From a virus (taxonomy: Duplodnaviria > Caudoviricetes): a DNA stretch of 64,000 bases. The stretch lies in the IMG/VR virus record IMGVR_UViG_3300020577_004340, positions 59,976-123,975 of that record. One strand, written 5' to 3'. The notes below the pieces were generated by a model. It made no database searches. It saw only the letters and a program-made list of their open reading frames with translations, and was not told the DNA's origin. How positions within the stretch are numbered: the stretch's first letter is position 1; each line of letters starts with the position of its first letter. Of this stretch, positions 28,801 to 39,545 are shown piece by piece. The position numbers and the translations under genes were made by a program.

Positions 28801-29204
28801 TGGAACATATTGCTATATTCGGGACGACTACATATTTCAAAAAAAGTAGTATTATATCTTTGTTAGCTAAATTGAAAAAAACCTATGGGCCAAAATATTT
28901 GACTATTAATACGAGTGGTAACCAAGAAGGGGCTGACCCGATAATTAAGAAAATATCATTGGAATTGGGATTTTATGTAAAAGAATATAACCCAAGCTAT
29001 ACAGGGTATCACATGTATTCAGCTGAATCAAGGGAATATTATGGAAAATCGTTCCATATATCACATATATATCATCGGTATAATCAATTATTTAGAAACA
29101 GTACGAAAATAATAATATTTGCTGAAAAAAGTACACATCCCGAATTAAAAATTCCAATGGGGATTCTAACAAAATACAATATTCCTATAATTATAATTAA
29201 TTAA
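28800..29204 (+). CDS. SLOG/YspA-like protein
   Basis: IAIFGT, SGNQEGAD motifs. Confidence 0.45.
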   Translation: MEHIAIFGTTTYFKKSSIISLLAKLKKTYGPKYLTINTSGNQEGADPIIKKISLELGFYVKEYNPSYTGYHMYSAESREYYGKSFHISHIYHRYNQLFRNSTKIIIFAEKSTHPELKIPMGILTKYNIPIIIIN

Positions 29205-29217
29205 GGGAGTATGACAC

Positions 29218-29994
29218 ATGAGACCACTGTTGATATTATTGATAATATTTAATTGCATTGCTTGCATAAAGAATACGAATACTACATCTGTTAAATCGGA
29301 ATATTATAATAATAGTATTATTGATACTCCTCCATTGGAAAGTAAGACTATAACAATTAAAATTAAATATCATTATTTAATTAATACCGATGCTATTATT
29401 AATTATGATGGGTTAATGAGAAGGGTTAATTTATATAATAATAATTTAAATTTAGCATTTAAAAATGTCATTAATTTTAAATGGAATCAAGAAATTTTAA
29501 TTCATCCATTTGACACATTAACTCTTAATAATTTATATAACGAATCAATGATTAATAGTGCACACAATATATATGATTCCACTATTAAATCATACAGTCA
29601 AACTGGTTATTACAATGTTTATATTGTTAGGACAAATTTCAATGTATTCGGGGATATTTTATTAGGATTTACTCCGGTGTTAAATTCACCCGACACAACA
29701 GATTATTCGGCACTTATGCCTAGGTTTGACAATACATTTATAGCATATGAATCTATAGTTGATGATGAATATCTTACTGAAAATACATTAATCCATGAAA
29801 CAGGGCATTGGTTGTCATTAGACCACCCATGGGAATTATCGGATTCAATGAAAGTTATTATGGGGTTGAATTCGAAAAGTAAATATTGTATTAATTATAT
29901 GAATTATAATTGTTATACTTCAGAATTTACCAATCAACAATTAAATAAAATGTATTATTTTGCAAAAAACTATCGAAAATATTTGGTTAATTGA
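29218..29994 (+). CDS. M43-like zinc metalloprotease, probable lipoprotein
   Basis: HETGHWLSLDH, Met-turn NYMNY, N-terminal hydrophobic signal ending in Cys. Confidence 0.75.
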   Translation: MRPLLILLIIFNCIACIKNTNTTSVKSEYYNNSIIDTPPLESKTITIKIKYHYLINTDAIINYDGLMRRVNLYNNNLNLAFKNVINFKWNQEILIHPFDTLTLNNLYNESMINSAHNIYDSTIKSYSQTGYYNVYIVRTNFNVFGDILLGFTPVLNSPDTTDYSALMPRFDNTFIAYESIVDDEYLTENTLIHETGHWLSLDHPWELSDSMKVIMGLNSKSKYCINYMNYNCYTSEFTNQQLNKMYYFAKNYRKYLVN

Positions 29995-30013
29995 TAAAAA
30001 AATTGTATATTAA
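29982..30013 (+). promoter_or_regulatory. Bacteroidota-type promoter (variant -7 box)
   Basis: TTTG-N20-TATATTAA. Confidence 0.5.
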
Positions 30014-30016
30014 TAT

Positions 30017-30526
30017 ATGACACATGAATATAATTGTTTAATGTTATCAGTTGGATTTACTAATTGGGATGTTTGGAAAAATCGCTTACCATATTCCATA
30101 TTGTATTCACCGGATGACCCATCATACGGCTTAGAAACATCCCCACATATTACAATTTGTTATGGGTTACATCTACATATTACACCGGAAATGATAACAG
30201 AAAAGTTACCACAATTAATTGATTTAAATGATATATATCTAACAGGTATTTCGACTTTTCCAACTGATAAAGGTTATACAGTATTAAAATTTGATGTTGA
30301 CTCACAAAGTTTAAAAAATTTAAATTCAACATTAATAGAATCATTTCCTTGTTTTGTACAATTTCCGATTTACAAACCACATGTTACAATTGGATTTATC
30401 GACTCTAAATTTGACACACAAATACAAAAATTTATAGGAATATTTGACCCAATACAAATTATTCCAAAAAATTATAATTATAATTACAAAGGGACTAAAA
30501 ATATATTATATGCAGGGAACAATTAA
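30017..30526 (+). CDS. 2H phosphoesterase (T4 57B/Acb1-like)
   Basis: Two HxT motifs: PHITICYG and YKPHVTI. Confidence 0.75.
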   Translation: MTHEYNCLMLSVGFTNWDVWKNRLPYSILYSPDDPSYGLETSPHITICYGLHLHITPEMITEKLPQLIDLNDIYLTGISTFPTDKGYTVLKFDVDSQSLKNLNSTLIESFPCFVQFPIYKPHVTIGFIDSKFDTQIQKFIGIFDPIQIIPKNYNYNYKGTKNILYAGNN

Positions 30527-32042
30527 TGTAAATGATTTGCAGCTAATACCATTCAATCCAGACAAGCCAACAATACTACTATTATCAGATGATTTAAATG
30601 CACCAAGTGGAATTGGTACAGCAGCAAAATCATTTGTATTTGGTACAGTAGATCGGTTTAATTGGATACAAGTAGCAGCAGCAATTAAACACCCAGATAC
30701 GGGTAAAATATTAGACATATCAAGTGCAGTAGCTGAAGTTACTGGTGTTGAAGATGCCAATGTTAAATTATATCCTTATGATGGGTATGGCGACCAAAAC
30801 TTAATTAGATACATATTACAGAACGAAAAAGTAGATGCAATCTTACATTTCACAGATCCTAGATTTTGGATTTGGTTGTACGATATGGAATATGAACTTC
30901 ATACTACATTCAAGGTTCCGTTGATGTATTATTCAATTTGGGATAACCTACCATATCCTTTTTGGAATTTTCCATATTATGCTTCATGTGATTTAATAAT
31001 GGGTATTAGTAAGCAATCCCACATAATTCATCAACAAGTATTGGCATATGGGAAGCGTGAAACACTTGATATCACAGATAAAACTGCTGATGATGTAGAA
31101 GTGTTTGAAGGTACACCACCAGTTCTGTTATCATATGTTCCACATGGAATAGACAGACAAGAATACAGACCAATTTTAGAAATTGGTGACAAAGATCCAG
31201 ACTATGCAGAATTCATTAAATTCAAAAAAGAGTTCGCCGAAAAGAATTCAGCCAAGTTTGTCGTATTTTGGAATAATAGAAATATTGCAAGAAAAATGGG
31301 ATCCACAGTGATTCTAGCATTTAAAGAATTTGTAGATAGTTTAGATCCAGCAGAAAGAAGTGGATGTGTACTGTTAATGCATACAGATCCAGTAGACCAT
31401 AATGGAACTGATTTATATGCAGTACATGAAATGTTAGCACCAGAATGTCGAGTTATATTTTCAAGTAACAAGATTGATAAACGTGGAATGAACTTCTATT
31501 ATAATCTAGCTGATGTTACTATCAATATAGCTAACAATGAAGGATTTGGATTATCAAGTGCTGAATCTATAATGGCAGGTACAATGGTTATTAACAATGT
31601 GACTGGTGGATTGCAAGATCAAATGAGATTTGTGGAAGATGAATCTCCTGATACAGTCTTTAAACCAACATCTAAAATACCAAGTAACCATTGCGCTAAT
31701 TGTTTAGGATGTGGTGATTGGGCAATTCCAGTATTTCCAGAAAATAGATCATTAAATGGTTCAGTGGCAACTCCATATATTTTAGATGATCGGTGTGGGA
31801 TATTGGATATAGCAGAAGCAATTTTAACAGCATATTCTATAGATCCAGAAGTTAGATATGCTAATGGATTGGCTGGTAGAGAATGGATGTTAAGCAATGA
31901 AAGTAAAATGTCAGCAACTGCAATGGCAGACGGAATTGCAAATGGTATACTAACTTGTTTGAAAACATTTAAACCAAAGAATAAATATTCATTGGAAAAG
32001 GTTGAGACTCGCAAAAAGTTAGATACTGGTATCATATTTTAA
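30510..32042 (+). CDS. GT4-like glycosyltransferase
   Basis: SGIG, VPHGID, NRNIARK, NEGFGLSSAE, TGGLQDQ; likely start ATG 30510. Confidence 0.85.
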   Translation: MQGTINVNDLQLIPFNPDKPTILLLSDDLNAPSGIGTAAKSFVFGTVDRFNWIQVAAAIKHPDTGKILDISSAVAEVTGVEDANVKLYPYDGYGDQNLIRYILQNEKVDAILHFTDPRFWIWLYDMEYELHTTFKVPLMYYSIWDNLPYPFWNFPYYASCDLIMGISKQSHIIHQQVLAYGKRETLDITDKTADDVEVFEGTPPVLLSYVPHGIDRQEYRPILEIGDKDPDYAEFIKFKKEFAEKNSAKFVVFWNNRNIARKMGSTVILAFKEFVDSLDPAERSGCVLLMHTDPVDHNGTDLYAVHEMLAPECRVIFSSNKIDKRGMNFYYNLADVTINIANNEGFGLSSAESIMAGTMVINNVTGGLQDQMRFVEDESPDTVFKPTSKIPSNHCANCLGCGDWAIPVFPENRSLNGSVATPYILDDRCGILDIAEAILTAYSIDPEVRYANGLAGREWMLSNESKMSATAMADGIANGILTCLKTFKPKNKYSLEKVETRKKLDTGIIF

Positions 32043-32061
32043 TCATTAAAACAAAACATAA

Positions 32062-33333
32062 ATGTATAGTATAGTATTTGCAGGACCAATTAATTCTAGG
32101 AGTGGGTATGGTGCTAGGTCATTAGACATTGCCAGAACACTAATTAAAATGGGTCATAATGTTGGATTTATATTCACTTCATGGGGAGTATGCCCAAATA
32201 ATGTATTGGATAGGAATAAGCCAGATGATTTGGAAATATTGAATCGAGTTATTACAACTGGGTTAAATTATAAGCCATCAGTATTTTTACAATGTACAAT
32301 TCCAAATGAATTTCAGCCAATTGGTGTATACAATATTGGAATAACCGCTGGTATTGAAACTGATACTTGTAGATTGGAATGGATTGAAGGTTGCAATAAA
32401 ATGGATTTAGTTCTAGTATCAAGTAACCATGCTAGAAATGTATTCAAGAATATCAAATTTGACAAGGTTGATAAGCAATCCAATCAAGTTATTGAACAGA
32501 TATCATTGACAACTGAATGTGAAGTATTGTTGGAAGGATGTGATGTAAATGTATATACACCTAAGAATACTGTCACTATCAACGACTTTGATAATCTACC
32601 AAAATTCAATTTTCTATGTGTAGGTCATTGGTTACAAGGTGACTTGGGTGCTGATCGTAAGGATATTGGTATGTTGATTCATACATTCCTACATACATTC
32701 ATTCAGATTCATCCTAAGAATCAACCAGGATTAGTATTGAAAATATCTGGTGCTGGATTTTCAATTACTGAAAAAGAAGCTATTCTAAATAAGATTGAAG
32801 CCATTAAAAAAATGGTTAGGGCAAACAATACCAATTCCAATCCATTACCACCAATTTACTTGCTGTATGGAGATTTAACTGATATTGAAATGAATTCAGT
32901 GTATAATCATCCAAAAATTAAAGCAATGGTATCTTTTACACATGGGGAAGGATTTGGTAGACCACTACTTGAATTTAAAACCACAAATAAACCGATTGTA
33001 GCATCTGCATGGAGTGGGCATATAGATTTCCTTAATAAAGAAACATCTGTATTACTACCAGGACAGCTTCAACAAGTACCTAGAAGTGCTGTCAATGATT
33101 GGATTATTGCTGAATCTAGATGGTTTATTGTTAATTATAGTGTAGCGGCACAATTTTTATATGATATATACAGAAACTATCCAACATATTTGGAAAAGTG
33201 CAAAAAAAATAGTATGTTTGTGAATAACAATTTTTCATTGAAAAAAATGGGGGAATCATTGAATACTTTTATAAAAGATAAAGTATTAGATGTTCCAATT
33301 GTTACTCAATTACAATTACCAATTAATAATTAA
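32062..33333 (+). CDS. GT4-like glycosyltransferase
   Basis: SRSGYG, DRKDIG, HGEGFGRPLLE, WSGHIDF. Confidence 0.85.
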   Translation: MYSIVFAGPINSRSGYGARSLDIARTLIKMGHNVGFIFTSWGVCPNNVLDRNKPDDLEILNRVITTGLNYKPSVFLQCTIPNEFQPIGVYNIGITAGIETDTCRLEWIEGCNKMDLVLVSSNHARNVFKNIKFDKVDKQSNQVIEQISLTTECEVLLEGCDVNVYTPKNTVTINDFDNLPKFNFLCVGHWLQGDLGADRKDIGMLIHTFLHTFIQIHPKNQPGLVLKISGAGFSITEKEAILNKIEAIKKMVRANNTNSNPLPPIYLLYGDLTDIEMNSVYNHPKIKAMVSFTHGEGFGRPLLEFKTTNKPIVASAWSGHIDFLNKETSVLLPGQLQQVPRSAVNDWIIAESRWFIVNYSVAAQFLYDIYRNYPTYLEKCKKNSMFVNNNFSLKKMGESLNTFIKDKVLDVPIVTQLQLPINN

Positions 33334-33335
33334 AA

Positions 33336-33800
33336 ATGACAGGGTCAGACAGAAAATTTTTAACAACCATAAAAAACATTAAACTACAATTAGAAAATTT
33401 AGTGGATGATGTATCACCATCCACACATAGTAAAACAGTAATTACTCTTGATTGTGGTGATAAGGTTTGTTTAACAAGTGGGTATATGAAACCTGTTGAT
33501 ACTCTCGACCCACTTATCCCAATTCCTGATTATATTAATAATACCAAAATCGTTGATTTGGATGGTAATTATTGGTATTACACTATTTTAACATTCAACG
33601 AATATTTATTGGAGCCCATTAATTTTGTTGACGGTAATCCGACGGCTTGGCAAATTTCAATGTTAACTCCAATTGATAATCCACTTGATGTTGCCGATGA
33701 TGTTGAAACTATTTTGTTAGATAATCAATGGCATAAAGTTAGTAAAGCGGAATTTTCAAAATTTGTTGATGCATTTATAGCATTTAAACTACTTAATTAA
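33336..33800 (+). CDS. Hypothetical protein
   Basis: 154-aa ORF within the glycosylation cluster. Confidence 0.5.
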   Translation: MTGSDRKFLTTIKNIKLQLENLVDDVSPSTHSKTVITLDCGDKVCLTSGYMKPVDTLDPLIPIPDYINNTKIVDLDGNYWYYTILTFNEYLLEPINFVDGNPTAWQISMLTPIDNPLDVADDVETILLDNQWHKVSKAEFSKFVDAFIAFKLLN

Positions 33801-33801
33801 T

Positions 33802-34485
33802 ATGACAAAAATAACATATGCAATAACAGCCTCTACTGAAATCAATGAATTAAAATTATTGTTGGATGTGTTGAGGACTAACATTGATTTCAGTACTGGA
33901 GAATATGAATTACTAATTCAATTGGATTCAGATAATTACGATAAGTTTTTATATGATTATATAGTTGAATTGATAGATTCAAATAGTGAATTGGATATTA
34001 CCTTAATAATGTATCCACTTAATAATAATTTTGGAGAGTTTAAAAATAATTTAAGTAAACACTCTAATGGGGAATACATATTTCAAATTGATGCTGATGA
34101 ATTATTGGGAGATAATTTATTAGACCCAGTAATATTAAGAAGTATATTGGATTTAAATAATGTTGAATTCTATATGGTGCCTAGAATTAATATAGTTGTT
34201 GGCATAACAGATGAGTATGTTAAGAGTCAAGGATGGTCTTCCGAATTCAAAGGGTTTTCAGTGGAAGAAACATTACAACATAAAACTATTAATTATCCGG
34301 ATTATCAAGGTAGAATTTATAAAAATCTACCATCGATTAGTTGGGTTGGGAATGTGCATGAAAGGATTGTTGGTCCTAAGACGATGACATTTTTCCCACA
34401 ACGAGAAGAATATTCATTAACACATATTAAATCATTTGAGAAACAAATTTCACAAAATAATTTATATAAAAATATACAGGGATGA
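33802..34485 (+). CDS. GT2-like glycosyltransferase
   Basis: YIFQIDADE (DxD), YPDYQGR, W.GNVHE. Confidence 0.85.
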   Translation: MTKITYAITASTEINELKLLLDVLRTNIDFSTGEYELLIQLDSDNYDKFLYDYIVELIDSNSELDITLIMYPLNNNFGEFKNNLSKHSNGEYIFQIDADELLGDNLLDPVILRSILDLNNVEFYMVPRINIVVGITDEYVKSQGWSSEFKGFSVEETLQHKTINYPDYQGRIYKNLPSISWVGNVHERIVGPKTMTFFPQREEYSLTHIKSFEKQISQNNLYKNIQG

Positions 34486-35696
34486 GAAAGCAAATACCAT
34501 TATTTAAAGTTTTCATGTCAGATGCAGCCATCAATTTATCAACTGAAACTCTATTGAGTGGGTGTGTTGGAGAAGGTCCAAAAGTTATTGAATTTGAAAA
34601 TAAATTAAAAGATAGATTTACTCGGAATTCCAATGGTTATTACGATGTAATTACTTGTAATTCAGCAACGTCTGCTGAACATTTAATATATTATTATCTA
34701 AAACAGCCGAGAAAATTAATAAATTACTTTCCATGGGGGAGTACGGAATTAAATTGGAAGGGTTTTGATGTAAATAAACACCATGTATTAACGACTCCGT
34801 TGACATGTACTGCTACAAATTTTCCAATCTTACTAAATGGGATGAAATTAAAATGGGTTGATGTAAATCCATTTACAATGAATATGGATTTGGGCGATTT
34901 GGAAAACAAAATAGATGAAAACACACGAATCATTACTGTGGTTCATTGGGGTGGCTATCCAATCGATTTATATAAATTACATTCGATTGTAACAGCCGCC
35001 AAGAAACGATATGGTAATGATATATTGATTATTGAAGATTGTGCCCATTCATTTGGTTCGACGTATGATGGTATCCCATTAGGATTCCATGGCAATATCG
35101 GTACATTTTCTACACAAGCTATAAAACACTTAACCACAGTTGATGGGGGATTTATTTCATCTCCGTATAAAGATTTAACCGATAAATCAAAATTGTTAAG
35201 GTGGTATGGCATTGATAGAAATACACCTAGAACTGATTTTCGTTGTGAACAAGACATTCCAGAGATTGGATTTAAATTCCACATGAATGATGTTAACGCA
35301 TCAATAGGATTGGGTAATTTAAAATATATCGATGATTTGGTTAATACACACAAACAAAATGCTGATTATTACAGTACTTATATCGATAAAGCTGTATTGA
35401 AGGATGTAATTCAGTTTAAACATGAATATCTTAATATTGAAATTGACCCGGCTTATTGGTTATATACAATCTTAGTGGAAGATAGGCCAAATTTTATGAA
35501 AAAAATGGAATCGGCTGGAATAATGACTTCTCGAGTCCACGAAAGGAATGATAAACATTCATCATTAACTGAATTTAAGACTGAATTGCCATTATTAGAA
35601 TCTTTTATTGATAATATGGTATGTATTCCAGTTGGTTGGTGGGTTCAACCTGAAGACCGTGAATATATAATACAGACTATTAATTCAGGTTGGTAA
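34482..35696 (+). CDS. DegT/DnrJ/EryC1/StrS PLP-dependent sugar aminotransferase
   Basis: NSATSA, VHWGG, IEDCAHSFG, FSTQAIKHLTTVDGG. Confidence 0.92.
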   Translation: MRKQIPLFKVFMSDAAINLSTETLLSGCVGEGPKVIEFENKLKDRFTRNSNGYYDVITCNSATSAEHLIYYYLKQPRKLINYFPWGSTELNWKGFDVNKHHVLTTPLTCTATNFPILLNGMKLKWVDVNPFTMNMDLGDLENKIDENTRIITVVHWGGYPIDLYKLHSIVTAAKKRYGNDILIIEDCAHSFGSTYDGIPLGFHGNIGTFSTQAIKHLTTVDGGFISSPYKDLTDKSKLLRWYGIDRNTPRTDFRCEQDIPEIGFKFHMNDVNASIGLGNLKYIDDLVNTHKQNADYYSTYIDKAVLKDVIQFKHEYLNIEIDPAYWLYTILVEDRPNFMKKMESAGIMTSRVHERNDKHSSLTEFKTELPLLESFIDNMVCIPVGWWVQPEDREYIIQTINSGW

Positions 35697-35757
35697 ATAT
35701 GAATATGGATAAACATATTAGAATAGTTGAATCTGTTGATAGAGTAAAGGAATTTAT

Positions 35758-37071
35758 AGAATGGAGCGTAAAACCCATTGGTCAGCTTTGCTGCCGATGG
35801 GATGTAAGCGACTCCTTTACACTTACATTTTAAATAATTTTGACATTTTGTCAGATTTGTATAAATTGGTATGGTTTTTGCAGTAATTAAAGTATGTATA
35901 AAGCATTTAAATATCGTCTGTATCCAACAGAGCCACAAAAAGAGCTTATTGCCAAACATATTGGTAGTAGCCGTTTTTTGTACAACCTTGCGTTGGAAAC
36001 TAAAAACGCTGCATATATAAGTGCTAAACATAATTACAGTGCTTTTGATTTAGTTAAACAACTTCCTGAACTCAAAAAAGAACTTCCTTGGTTAAAAGAA
36101 GTAAACTCACAAAGTTTACAACAAGCCATCCAAAATATGGACATTGCTTTTAAGAAGTTCTTTAAAGGCTCAGGTTTTCCTAAGTTCAAATCAAAACATA
36201 AGGGGAAACAATCTTTCTCAATACCACAAAATGTAATAGTAGAAAATGACCTTTTGATAATTCCTAAATTTAAAGAGGGTATTAAGATGTCTTTACATCG
36301 TCCGACTAAAGGTATAATCAAGAGTGCAACCATAAGCGTTACACCTACTGGTAAATACTTTGTTTCTATTCTTTGTGATACTAAAGAAGAAATACCTACT
36401 AAAGCTCCTATTAAAGAGAACACAACTATTGGAGTAGACCTTGGAATCAAAGACTTTGTTATTACATCAGATGGTGAAGTTTTTGAAAATCCTAAATACC
36501 TGCGTAAAGCACAAAGCAAGCTAAAATATGTACAACGTAAATATTCAAAACACAAAGGTAAGCATACTAAAAAGAAACTTGCCAAACTACACGAAGATGT
36601 AGTAAACAAACGCAAAGATTTTTTACACAAACTTTCTACAAAACTAATTCGTGAGAACCAAACAATTTGTTTAGAAACGTTATCTGTAAAGAATATGGTT
36701 AAAAACCACAAACTTGCACAAGCAATTAGTGATGTAAGTTGGTCAACATTTGTGACTATGCTTGAATACAAGGCTGACTGGTATGGTAAAAACATCCTAC
36801 GCATAGGACAATTTGCACCATCATCAAAGACTTGCTCCTGCGGAGTAATCAACAAGGACTTAAAACTATCCGACAGAGAGTGGACTTGTAAGTCTTGTGG
36901 AACTACACACGATAGAGATATTTTGGCTGCTTGTAACATAAAATCATTTGCTTTAAAAAATATTTTGTCTGGGGAACACAGACTTAAAAATCAGGACGAA
37001 CTGCCTACGTTGGTAGGAGTGTTGACTCCTGAAGCCCAACCCATCGGCTTTGCCGTGGGTGGGTAGTTCAC
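35758..37071 (+). mobile_element. IS200/IS605-family element, tnpB-only (non-autonomous)
   Basis: Left end GGAGCGTAAAACCCA..hairpin..TGGGATGTAAGCGACT and right end ..GTGGGTGGGTAGTTCAC shared with the 49445-51212 element; preceded by TTTAT. Confidence 0.88.
35894..37066 (+). CDS. tnpB: TnpB RNA-guided nuclease
   Basis: KAFKYRLYPT, RuvC GVDLG / CLETL / DRD, zinc finger. Confidence 0.95.
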   Translation: MYKAFKYRLYPTEPQKELIAKHIGSSRFLYNLALETKNAAYISAKHNYSAFDLVKQLPELKKELPWLKEVNSQSLQQAIQNMDIAFKKFFKGSGFPKFKSKHKGKQSFSIPQNVIVENDLLIIPKFKEGIKMSLHRPTKGIIKSATISVTPTGKYFVSILCDTKEEIPTKAPIKENTTIGVDLGIKDFVITSDGEVFENPKYLRKAQSKLKYVQRKYSKHKGKHTKKKLAKLHEDVVNKRKDFLHKLSTKLIRENQTICLETLSVKNMVKNHKLAQAISDVSWSTFVTMLEYKADWYGKNILRIGQFAPSSKTCSCGVINKDLKLSDREWTCKSCGTTHDRDILAACNIKSFALKNILSGEHRLKNQDELPTLVGVLTPEAQPIGFAVGG

Positions 37072-37153
37072 TTTGGAACAGTTATTTTATTTTTCCTGGG
37101 GGTATGTTCTAGGGTTAATAATTCAATTCATATATAAATTTATATTTTAAGGG

Positions 37154-38368
37154 ATGAAAGTTAATTATGTAGTTGCCGTATATTTAGGTCCGAGGCGGTC
37201 TAAGCTAATGAAAATGTTGAATGTTATCAATACAACATACCACATAGAAAGTCACTTAGAGGCGTTAAAAACACTAAATATCAAAGAGATTTCTAGAGTT
37301 ACTTTTGTTATCAACGAATATTCTAACGAAACAACAGAACTTGCTAAAAAATTAATAACAGACTATCCAATAGATGTTGAAAAAGAAATAATTGTTCGAA
37401 AGAATAGTGGCTTTTCATATGGAGCTTGGCAAGATGCAATTCTCTCTACTATTACAGATAATATGTTTGATTATTATTTTTTAATTGAAGATGATTATGT
37501 GCCAGTAGATTCGGAATTTCTTAATATTTTTCTAGAGAAAATACAAAGTAGAAATGATATTGCATTTGTTGCCCAACTATGGAGGGATAACCATGCATCG
37601 ATATCGAATGGGTTATTATCCACAAAGGCAATAAACAATATATACACATTAAACAGCCAAGAAAAGATATTTGATTTAAAATTGGGTGATTCGTATGATG
37701 ATGCTATATATAATCAATTGAAATATTTAAGATATTTTCAAGACGCTAATTATAAATTTACTGATATTACAGATGTATCAACTATTCCATTTCTTGAAAG
37801 TGACCATGATAAATTAATACATTATGGGTCAATTGATAAACCGATACATATCAATATTAACATTCCTGAGATAACAATTACTTATAGAATGTCAAAAAAA
37901 GAAGACATTCCATTAATTAATGAAATTCGTAATTTTTATGCTGAAGAATTTTTACATGATTCTAGATTATTCACACTAGATGAAACAATGACATTTTATA
38001 ATGAACATGTTGGTAAAGATTTTTATTATATTATGATAGAATTTTCTGGAATTACTGTTGGGTACTTTAGAATATCAAACTATTCCAGACAGAATAATAA
38101 TTGTTATTTAGGTTGTGACATTCACCCCAAATATATTGATATGGGAATTGGATATCGATCATATGTTGGATTGTTACCCAATATACAAACCTTACCTATC
38201 TTTAAAACCCGTTTACATAAAGTATCATTGGAAGTCTTATCTACAAACGTTCGGGCGATAAAATTATATAAAAAATTAGGATTTATTGTTGATGGCGTTA
38301 AGCGTGCTGAAGTTTATAAAGACGGTATATATATAGATTCAATAATAATGTCTATTTTATTTGAATAA
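37154..38368 (+). CDS. GT2-like domain fused to a GNAT N-acetyltransferase
   Basis: N-terminal NSGFSYGAW, LIEDDY; C-terminal DIHPKY..MGIG, LEVLSTN.RAIKLYKKLGF. Confidence 0.75.
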   Translation: MKVNYVVAVYLGPRRSKLMKMLNVINTTYHIESHLEALKTLNIKEISRVTFVINEYSNETTELAKKLITDYPIDVEKEIIVRKNSGFSYGAWQDAILSTITDNMFDYYFLIEDDYVPVDSEFLNIFLEKIQSRNDIAFVAQLWRDNHASISNGLLSTKAINNIYTLNSQEKIFDLKLGDSYDDAIYNQLKYLRYFQDANYKFTDITDVSTIPFLESDHDKLIHYGSIDKPIHININIPEITITYRMSKKEDIPLINEIRNFYAEEFLHDSRLFTLDETMTFYNEHVGKDFYYIMIEFSGITVGYFRISNYSRQNNNCYLGCDIHPKYIDMGIGYRSYVGLLPNIQTLPIFKTRLHKVSLEVLSTNVRAIKLYKKLGFIVDGVKRAEVYKDGIYIDSIIMSILFE

Positions 38369-38381
38369 TTTATACAAAAAA

Positions 38382-38414
38382 TTTGGAAATGTGATAGTAT
38401 ATACATTATATTTG
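38382..38414 (+). promoter_or_regulatory. Bacteroidota sigma70-type promoter
   Basis: TTTG-N21-TATATTTG. Confidence 0.75.
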
Positions 38415-39107
38415 TAGCATAAACAAATAAATGGTATGAATAACAATACTATTATTAATGCAACAACAATTGAATTATTAAAATATATACGAGATACTGA
38501 ATTAAATTTGGTTAAATTTAATGATGACGAATCTACTGGATATTATTATTTATGTGATTCAGTGTCGATTATACATTCTGAAGTAAAAGAATTATTGACA
38601 AAAATTGTTGACGGGGAATATACATTGTACTCACCAACACTTAAGGAGAGTCCATATTATAATATTATACATACTGTATATGATACACCAGAAAGTTTGT
38701 ATGATTTTGATGAAGTTTTATTTACTATACAGACTTTATTCAGCATTAATAAAAATAGATTAGGTGCGCCTGAATGGTGGAATGTCCCAAAAGATAGATA
38801 TGATACGCCGGAGAAATTAAATTACATAATACAGCAAAAAAAGAATTTTCTAACTAAATTAATTCAAATTTTAGATGGAAACAGCTAAAAAAATAGAAAT
38901 AATAGGTGTGTGTATTTTATATTATTTAATACTTTATATAATACATTTATTTTCATATTATATGATATTTGGAGTATTTGGTAGTATTAATGATTCTTTG
39001 TATGTGTTAACAGTTCGTGGAGTATTAGCAATATTTCTAACTATATTAACATATATGCGCCCACCAAAATCACCTAATATATTTACTACATAAAATTTAA
39101 ATTTTAA

Positions 39108-39545
39108 ATGAAATTAGATAACGAAGTTTTTATTAACCGACTGTATGAAGATTTAAAATTATACAAAGGTAAAATTATTGTTGCCGTTGATTACGATGAT
39201 ACGATATCACCGTGGAAAGTAGTAACCAAAGAATTTTGTCAAGAAGTGATTAATGTTATAATCAGGGCTCAAAAGAGTGGAGCTTATATAACAATATTCA
39301 CCAATTGTAATTCAGATAGACACGAAGAAATCAAATCATATTGTTACTCAAAAGGCATTCAGATTGATTCTATTAATATAAATCCGATTCAATTACCGTA
39401 TGGTAATGAAGAACATAGTAAGATATTCTATAATATTTTATTGGATGACAGAGCTGGATTATTAGAATCTATTAATATATTGGATTCTGCATTGGTTAAG
39501 TACAGGATGTCAGATTTAGTTACACATGCAAGCCCAATCTCATGA
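39108..39545 (+). CDS. HAD-superfamily phosphatase
   Basis: VAVDYDDT, IFT, LLDDRAG. Confidence 0.75.
   Translation: MKLDNEVFINRLYEDLKLYKGKIIVAVDYDDTISPWKVVTKEFCQEVINVIIRAQKSGAYITIFTNCNSDRHEEIKSYCYSKGIQIDSININPIQLPYGNEEHSKIFYNILLDDRAGLLESINILDSALVKYRMSDLVTHASPIS

Larger units (their letters stand above)
35705..37150 (+). pseudogene. 43-aa small membrane protein gene interrupted by an IS
   Basis: Removing 35758-37071 restores MDKHIRIVESVDRVKEFILEQLFYFSWGYVLGLIIQFIYKFIF-stop, ending 3 nt before the next ATG. Confidence 0.65.
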
